Assembly (NCBI GenBank): GCA_042217555.1
Contig: JBDGSL010000037.1
Location: 1-11,177 of the forward strand
Source: Candidatus Nanohalobium sp.
Lineage (GTDB): Archaea > Nanohalarchaeota > Nanosalinia > Nanosalinales > Nanosalinaceae
DNA: 11,177 nt
Reading direction: 5' to 3'
A program made the position numbers and the translations under genes. This document shows, piece after piece, positions 6,415 to 11,177 of this stretch (its first letter is position 1; every line of letters starts with the position of its first letter). Below the pieces are notes generated by a model. It searched no databases and was not told the DNA's origin. It was given only the letters and a program-made list of their open reading frames with translations.

Positions 6415-6672
6415 ATGAGCTACGTGGTTGAGGTCAAGGAGTCCGCCGAAGAGGAGATTCAATCCCTTGAAAACAGCAAGCAGGAGGAGATACTCTCCCA
6501 ACTGGAGAAACTTGAGAATTATCCGGAAAGATACGGCAAGCCTCTGCGCGGCCAGTTGAACGGACTCTGGCAGTTGAGATCAGGAAAGTACAGAATATGG
6601 TATACTGTCGAAGACGAAACTGTAGTAGTTAGAGCCGTGAAACACAAAGAAGATGCCAAAGAACACTACTGA
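6415..6672 (+). CDS. relE: RelE/ParE-family toxin
   Basis: YVVEVKESAEEEI...GKPLRGQLNGLWQLRSGKYRIWYTV...VKHK; own TATA TTTATAA at 6386-6392. Confidence 0.9.
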   Translation: MSYVVEVKESAEEEIQSLENSKQEEILSQLEKLENYPERYGKPLRGQLNGLWQLRSGKYRIWYTVEDETVVVRAVKHKEDAKEHY

Positions 6673-6839
6673 CCGACTTCTTCCTTTAGCTTATCCAGAC
6701 TCTTTGAAGGCTCGTCTTGACTTTCTTTGAGCTGCTCCATGACCTCTTCATCCTCAAGAGTCTCGATTGTAGCCTTCATAGACTCGTACTCTTCCTTTGG
6801 GATATGCACATATCCATCGTCAAAACTTACCTCGGACAT
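6666..6839 (-). CDS. Small acidic putative antitoxin (Phd/YefM-like C-terminal region), convergent with relE
   Basis: MSEVSFDDGYVHIPKEEYESMKATIETLEDEEVMEQLKES resembles the 'EEYESxxETLE-L' segment of RelE-partner antitoxins. TTTAA about 25 nt upstream of ATG 6839. Confidence 0.7.
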   Translation of the reverse strand: MSEVSFDDGYVHIPKEEYESMKATIETLEDEEVMEQLKESQDEPSKSLDKLKEEVGQ

Positions 6840-6919
6840 AAAAAGGCAAGATCCGTCAACAGTTAAATCAGTTTCGATAACACGGCAAGTTATTTCTTGC
6901 AGAAGAATCAATATGACCT

Positions 6920-7450
6920 ATGCCGAACCATCTGAGATGCCAAGTTGAGTACACCAAAGGTTTTGATAACTTCGCAGAGGTCTAATCAACGATATTAAAC
7001 CGATAACAGAGCTTGATGAGGTTGAAAGCTCCTACTTTTTCTGGCAAGATTAATCGGAGAAGTTTCACAGACACATCCAGCTAGATTTAATCATATCCGA
7101 GGATGTTGATGAGGAAGCTTTCAGGCAAAAGGCTGGCTCGAATCTGGAGGAGAAAGGACGGGAAGTTCTACTGGGAGGAAGACTTCGCTACAACATGGTT
7201 TGCGCGGAACGATGCGGAGTCAGATATTCTACTGAAGCATAGAATCAAGAATGCGGAGCTGGCGCTTGAAACCCTGGAGGAGCACAGGGAAGGAAATCTT
7301 GAACGTAAACCCAGCGAACTTGTGAACCGTAGCTATCATTTATCAGCGAACCAGCATGGAATGACTCACTGGGATGAGTTCAAGTACTGTATCAAGAGAG
7401 CGATGCAGATACCTCTAATCCAGCTCAAGCACAGATTAGAAATTAACTAG
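6920..7450 (+). pseudogene. Disrupted ~176-aa gene, weakly resembling the lantibiotic dehydratase C-terminal (elimination) domain
   Basis: ATG 6920 MPNHLRCQVEYTKGFDNFAE; frameshift near 6981; LINDIKPITELDEVESSYFFWQD*(TAA 7051)SEKFHRHIQLDLIISEDVDEEAFRQKAGSNLEEKG; frameshift near 7160; FYWEEDF...YHLSANQHGMTHWDE...LEIN*. The tracked ORF 7103..7450 is the 3' part. Confidence 0.55.
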
Positions 7451-7489
7451 GACGTTCCAGAATTAAGCTTTGAGAGTTATACCGTAACC

Positions 7490-8035
7490 ATGAAGGACGG
7501 AATCAGAGTTCTGGGTATTGATGATGCAGCCTTCGAATTCGAGGCAGAAGAGACTTTTCTAACTGGTGTAATCTATCGCGGCACCGAGTTTGTAGAGGAC
7601 ATAGAAAGCATCAAAGTCGAGGTGGATGGCGAAGATGCCACGGAAAAAGTGTTGGAGCTTTATGAAAATACTTCTAACCACAAGCAACTTAAAGCGATAC
7701 TCACTGATGGAATAGCTTTTGCAGGGTTCAACCTGATAGATATAGAAAAAGTATCAGAAGCTACAGGCAAGCCTGTCGTGGCTGTGACGAAAAATGAGCC
7801 GCATCGAGAGAAATTTATGAAGGCCATGAGGAAAACTGAGAACTATGACAGAGCATTTGAGAGATTTGACGATCCAATAGAAGTTGAGCTTGAGGATGGA
7901 AGTTGTTTCATACAGTTTTCGGGTTGTACGGAGAGGGAAGCGAGGAGCCTTGTGAAGAAGAACATCATCCAGGGTCAGGTGCCTGAGTCTATCAGGGTTG
8001 CGGATATGGTGGGAACTGCTTTAAATCATGAGTAA
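7490..8035 (+). CDS. DUF99 family protein (endonuclease V-like)
   Basis: Motifs IRVLGIDD, VDGEDAT, DGIAFAGFNLID and VPESIRVA. Confidence 0.92.
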   Translation: MKDGIRVLGIDDAAFEFEAEETFLTGVIYRGTEFVEDIESIKVEVDGEDATEKVLELYENTSNHKQLKAILTDGIAFAGFNLIDIEKVSEATGKPVVAVTKNEPHREKFMKAMRKTENYDRAFERFDDPIEVELEDGSCFIQFSGCTEREARSLVKKNIIQGQVPESIRVADMVGTALNHE

Positions 8036-8048
8036 GGAAATCTGTTTT

Positions 8049-8792
8049 ATGGAGTTTCTTGAGAACGTGGTTGAAGGTGAGAACGAATTTTTTGAGTGGT
8101 TTTATTTCCTGTCGCTGGCATTGGTGCTTGCGTTTGGAACTATAACGACTACAGGCACGGTTTTGCAGACGGATAAGCCTGTAGTTTCAGTTGTTTCGTG
8201 TTCGATGTACCCTGAGTATCACCGAGGTGATATCCTGGTTGTTCAGGGCCAAAAGTTTGGAGATATAGAGACTGGAGATGTTATTGTCTACAGTGTTCCG
8301 GACCGAGCAGATCTGAGTGTGAACGGTGAGAAACACATACTGGAGAAGAACTCGCCGATGTATAACTCCTCTACTATGACAGCAGCCGGTGAAGTAAAGC
8401 TGATAGAGGTGAAGCCTGATCTTGAGGCAGGCCAGGATGGAAACGTGGATGACGAAGTGGTACTGGAAGTAGATGGTGAAGTCGTGAAACTGGAGGAAGG
8501 AAGTTCTGCAGAAGAAGTGAAGGTGGAGAAGGCTGTTGCAATGCCTATACCTGTTGTCCACAGAGTTGTGGAAAAACAGGACAGTTACCTGGAGACGAAA
8601 GGAGATAACAACAGGAAAAAGCTTGATTTCGAGAGCGATGTAAGACCGTTCCAGATCCACGGTACCGCTGCTTTAAGGATCCCTCGCCTGGGTATCGTCA
8701 AGCTTCTGGCCATGGACCTTGTCGGATTTCAGGCCGGTGATCCTCCAGGTATAAACAGCAGTTACTTCTGTGGCAGGTCCGGCCTCAGGTAA
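8049..8792 (+). CDS. sec11: Signal peptidase I, Sec11/S26B type, with ~80-aa insertion
   Basis: N-terminal TM helix; box B VVSCSMYP, RGDILVV, GDVIVY, box D PVVHRVV and box E TKGDNN..D. Start taken as ATG 8049 (alternative 8028). Confidence 0.88.
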   Translation: MEFLENVVEGENEFFEWFYFLSLALVLAFGTITTTGTVLQTDKPVVSVVSCSMYPEYHRGDILVVQGQKFGDIETGDVIVYSVPDRADLSVNGEKHILEKNSPMYNSSTMTAAGEVKLIEVKPDLEAGQDGNVDDEVVLEVDGEVVKLEEGSSAEEVKVEKAVAMPIPVVHRVVEKQDSYLETKGDNNRKKLDFESDVRPFQIHGTAALRIPRLGIVKLLAMDLVGFQAGDPPGINSSYFCGRSGLR

Positions 8793-8818
8793 GAAGGGGG
8801 AAACAGTCTTCCCTTTTT
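8791..8818 (+). terminator. Hairpin plus T-run after the signal peptidase
   Basis: AAGAAGGGGGAA-ACAGTC-TTCCCTTTTT immediately after the stop; the T-run merges into TTTTAA, a likely TATA for tfs. Confidence 0.45.
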
Positions 8819-8847
8819 AAGTTTTCAACAGGAATTGATACTTCAAT

Positions 8848-9180
8848 ATGGAATTCTGTGATGAATGCGGAGGAATGCTTGTATCCGAGAAGAAGGACGG
8901 AGAATCAGTTATGAAGTGCAGAAGCTGCGGTAAGTACCAGGATGTAGAGGCAGAGGAGATGAAAGTAACTGAGGAAAAGGAAGAGGATCCTATGGACCGT
9001 TTGAATGTCAACGAAGGAGACGGTGATGAGACCGAGCATCCGACCACCGAGAAAGAATGTCCTGCATGCGGAAACATGGAACACGAGTTCTGGATGAAAC
9101 AGACAAGAGCATCAGACGAGCCACCGACACGGTTCTACAGGTGTACTGACTGCGGAAACGTCCACAAAGAATACGACTGA
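8848..9180 (+). CDS. tfs: Transcription factor S (TFS/RpoM family)
   Basis: Two zinc ribbons (FCDECG/CRSCG and CPACG/CTDCG) and the acidic hairpin QTRASDEP. Confidence 0.96.
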   Translation: MEFCDECGGMLVSEKKDGESVMKCRSCGKYQDVEAEEMKVTEEKEEDPMDRLNVNEGDGDETEHPTTEKECPACGNMEHEFWMKQTRASDEPPTRFYRCTDCGNVHKEYD

Positions 9181-9186
9181 ACCCTT

Positions 9187-9786
9187 TTACTCCACTCTCA
9201 GATCGGTTTCATCAGGAGATACGGCATTCAGCGAAGCCCTCAGCTTAGAGATCTTTTCCTCCAGTCCCTCTCTCATATCCTCCATATCCTCCTCATAACG
9301 TGACTCCGCTACCTTCGACTCCAGACGAGCCCTGTTAACTTCCATATCTGACGTAAGCTCTTCTTCCACTTCAAAGACTTTGTCCTCTACGTTGAAAACC
9401 TTTTTCTCGACTTTATCAATCTTCATGTCAAGCCTGCCTTCAACCCTGTCAAGCTGTTCCTCTATCTCTTTCTGCCTGTTCTTCAGTCTTCTCATCCTCT
9501 GGCCAAGAGCATCAAGCCGGTTCTCTATACGGGTTTCACGGCCTTCTTCCTCAGCCATATCCCTCATACTGTTCTCCTGTATATCTATAAGCTCCGTAAC
9601 AACGTCCTCTATTTCGTCAAGTCTCTGTCTGTTCTTTTCAGCAACGTTTCTGTCTTTTACTTCGGACTCTACTTCCTGTACGGCACTGTCTATAGCATTG
9701 ACGTGAGACTCCAGGTCTTCCAGTCTTCTGGACAGGTTCTGTACGGCTTCAGCCGCTTTTTCACCTTCTTTCCCCAGGAAATCCAT
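9187..9786 (-). CDS. Hypothetical coiled-coil protein
   Basis: 199-aa acidic ORF with near-continuous heptad pattern; no recognisable catalytic motif. Confidence 0.75.
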   Translation of the reverse strand: MDFLGKEGEKAAEAVQNLSRRLEDLESHVNAIDSAVQEVESEVKDRNVAEKNRQRLDEIEDVVTELIDIQENSMRDMAEEEGRETRIENRLDALGQRMRRLKNRQKEIEEQLDRVEGRLDMKIDKVEKKVFNVEDKVFEVEEELTSDMEVNRARLESKVAESRYEEDMEDMREGLEEKISKLRASLNAVSPDETDLRVE

Positions 9787-9919
9787 ACCAGGTATTTATG
9801 GACGCCGGTATTTCAAACTTCCCCGGCTACAGGACAACACTCCGCAGCGAGAGCATGGACAGAGCAAATTTTTTTGGAACGCCCCCTCAGTTAAAACATT
9901 TTACCGGCAAAACTTGTGT

Positions 9920-10249
9920 ATGCCAGATAATCCACGTAGAGCACCTGCAAGGCCGAAAAAGATAGATGAGATAAATCCACAGAGCGATATCCGTGTGAGG
10001 ATTGTAGGCACTGTTCTCTCACTGGAAGAAGACTCAGTATCACTTGACGATGGAAGCGGGACAGTAGAAGTTTTCATTGAAGAGGAAGAACTTGAGGAAC
10101 TTGAGGAAGGCCAGAGGATCAGGGTCCTGGGAAGAGTACTACCAACGCCCGACAGCTTCGAGATCCAGGGAGAAATAGTTCAGGACTTCTCCAGCATCGA
10201 CCAGGAACTTCACGACAGAGTTAAAAAAGTAGTTAACACTACCGAGTAA
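9920..10249 (+). CDS. OB-fold replication protein A small subunit (RPA14/RPA3-like)
   Basis: RRAPA...IDEI...RVRIVGTV, LDDGSG, GQRIRVLGRV and EIVQDFS..D resemble Thermococcales RPA14. ATG 9920 lies about 24 nt after TTAAAA. Confidence 0.8.
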   Translation: MPDNPRRAPARPKKIDEINPQSDIRVRIVGTVLSLEEDSVSLDDGSGTVEVFIEEEELEELEEGQRIRVLGRVLPTPDSFEIQGEIVQDFSSIDQELHDRVKKVVNTTE

Positions 10250-10263
10250 CATAAGTGGTTGAA

Positions 10264-11019
10264 ATGTTCAAAGCGGAAATTGAAGAAACCGGACTGCTCA
10301 AGGACTCGATGAAAACCATATCAGACCTGATCAGCGAAGGAATATTCCAGCTGACTGAAGACGGTATCCAGCTGGTCGCTGCAGACCCTGCCATGGTAGG
10401 ACTAGTCGACTTCACACTGGAAAAAGATGTATTCGAAACATACGAACTTGAAGAGGAACAGAAAGTCGGGTTAAACATCGAAAACTTCTACTCAATCCTC
10501 AGAAGAGCCAACTCAGGTGACAAAATCACGCTGGAAGTAGACGAAGACACCAGCAAGTTCAAAATCACCATGAAAAACTCAAGCACAAGAGACTTCTCAC
10601 TTCCCATCCTGAACCTGTCCGAGGACGACATACCAAGCGTCGGAGACCTCAACCAGTTCACATTTAACGCAGAACTCGACACCAGCGTACTTGAAGGCGC
10701 CATAAAAGACGCCATGGTAGTAAGCGACGCCGTAACCATTACAGCAGATGGAAACAACCTGGAGATCTCAGCAGAAGGAGACCAAAGCGGGGTAGACTTC
10801 ACAGTACAGGACGGAGCGGAAGGGGTCCACGAAATGAACGGAGACGACGCCAAATCAATGTTCAGCCTGGACTACCTATCCAAGATGATCGGGGCCAAAA
10901 AACTATCCGATACAGTCACCGTCAAACTCGGCCAAGACTTCCCGATGAGAATGGAGTTCACACAGCCAGACCAGGCACAGCTAAACTTCGTACTGGCACC
11001 ACGCATCGAAGAAGAATAA
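10264..11019 (+). CDS. pcn: DNA polymerase sliding clamp PCNA
   Basis: Motifs MFKAEI, AADPAMVGLV, SMFSLDYL, LGQDFPM and FVLAPRIEEE; 251 aa. Confidence 0.98.
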   Translation: MFKAEIEETGLLKDSMKTISDLISEGIFQLTEDGIQLVAADPAMVGLVDFTLEKDVFETYELEEEQKVGLNIENFYSILRRANSGDKITLEVDEDTSKFKITMKNSSTRDFSLPILNLSEDDIPSVGDLNQFTFNAELDTSVLEGAIKDAMVVSDAVTITADGNNLEISAEGDQSGVDFTVQDGAEGVHEMNGDDAKSMFSLDYLSKMIGAKKLSDTVTVKLGQDFPMRMEFTQPDQAQLNFVLAPRIEEE

Positions 11020-11083
11020 CTTCTTCGCATGCTCTAAACCAGAAAATCTCCGATTTTCGGATCCACGCATCGAAGAAGAATAA
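10999..11083. repeat. 21-bp perfect direct repeat of the PCNA 3' end flanking a 43-nt palindromic insert
   Basis: CCACGCATCGAAGAAGAATAA occurs at 10999-11019 and 11063-11083. Confidence 0.9.
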
Positions 11084-11144
11084 ACCTCCACACTCCTTTC
11101 CCCTCTCCCTTAATTACTTGAGAATTTCTCCACCTAAACTGATC

Positions 11145-11177
11145 ATGTCCGAAGAATACGCAGTCCCGGCCACAGGC
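11145..11177 (+). CDS. Probable gene start, truncated by the window edge (MSEEYAVPATG...)
   Basis: ATG 11145 opens a frame running to the end of the window; the acidic N-terminus is typical of this genome. Confidence 0.45.
   Translation, partial: MSEEYAVPATG

Noticed and set aside
7103..7160. Basic N-terminus MLMRKLSGKRLARIWRRK as the true start of a 115-aa protein
   Set aside because: The overlapping frame (EDVDEEAFRQKAGSNLEEKG) fits the acidic proteome and extends upstream, indicating a frameshifted pseudogene.
8301..8540. Intein in the signal peptidase
   Set aside because: No C/S-start block or terminal HN/HQ followed by C/S/T, and too short for a mini-intein.

Overview
Archaeal chromosome segment with a strongly acidic proteome, leaderless-style TATA spacing and an RPA14-type subunit, most consistent with a nanohaloarchaeon (inference). 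The housekeeping backbone comprises two intron-containing tRNA genes (CAT and Val-GAC), a 51-aa zinc-finger microprotein missed by the ORF track, ppa, XPB helicase, METTL5-family methyltransferase, rpoL, DUF99, Sec11 signal peptidase, TFS, RPA small subunit and PCNA. It is interrupted by two vapBC-like modules, a convergent relE/antitoxin pair and several gene relics. The most unusual signal is a putative family of short hairpin-cassette palindromic elements. One fills the 185-nt spacer between the tRNAs and shares 23/24- and 25/30-nt blocks with the tRNA-Val intron. Similar cassettes appear as an in-frame insertion in the METTL5 gene and as a 43-nt insert between 21-bp direct repeats at the PCNA 3' end. 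All calls were made by eye from motifs; no database searches or folding programs were run.
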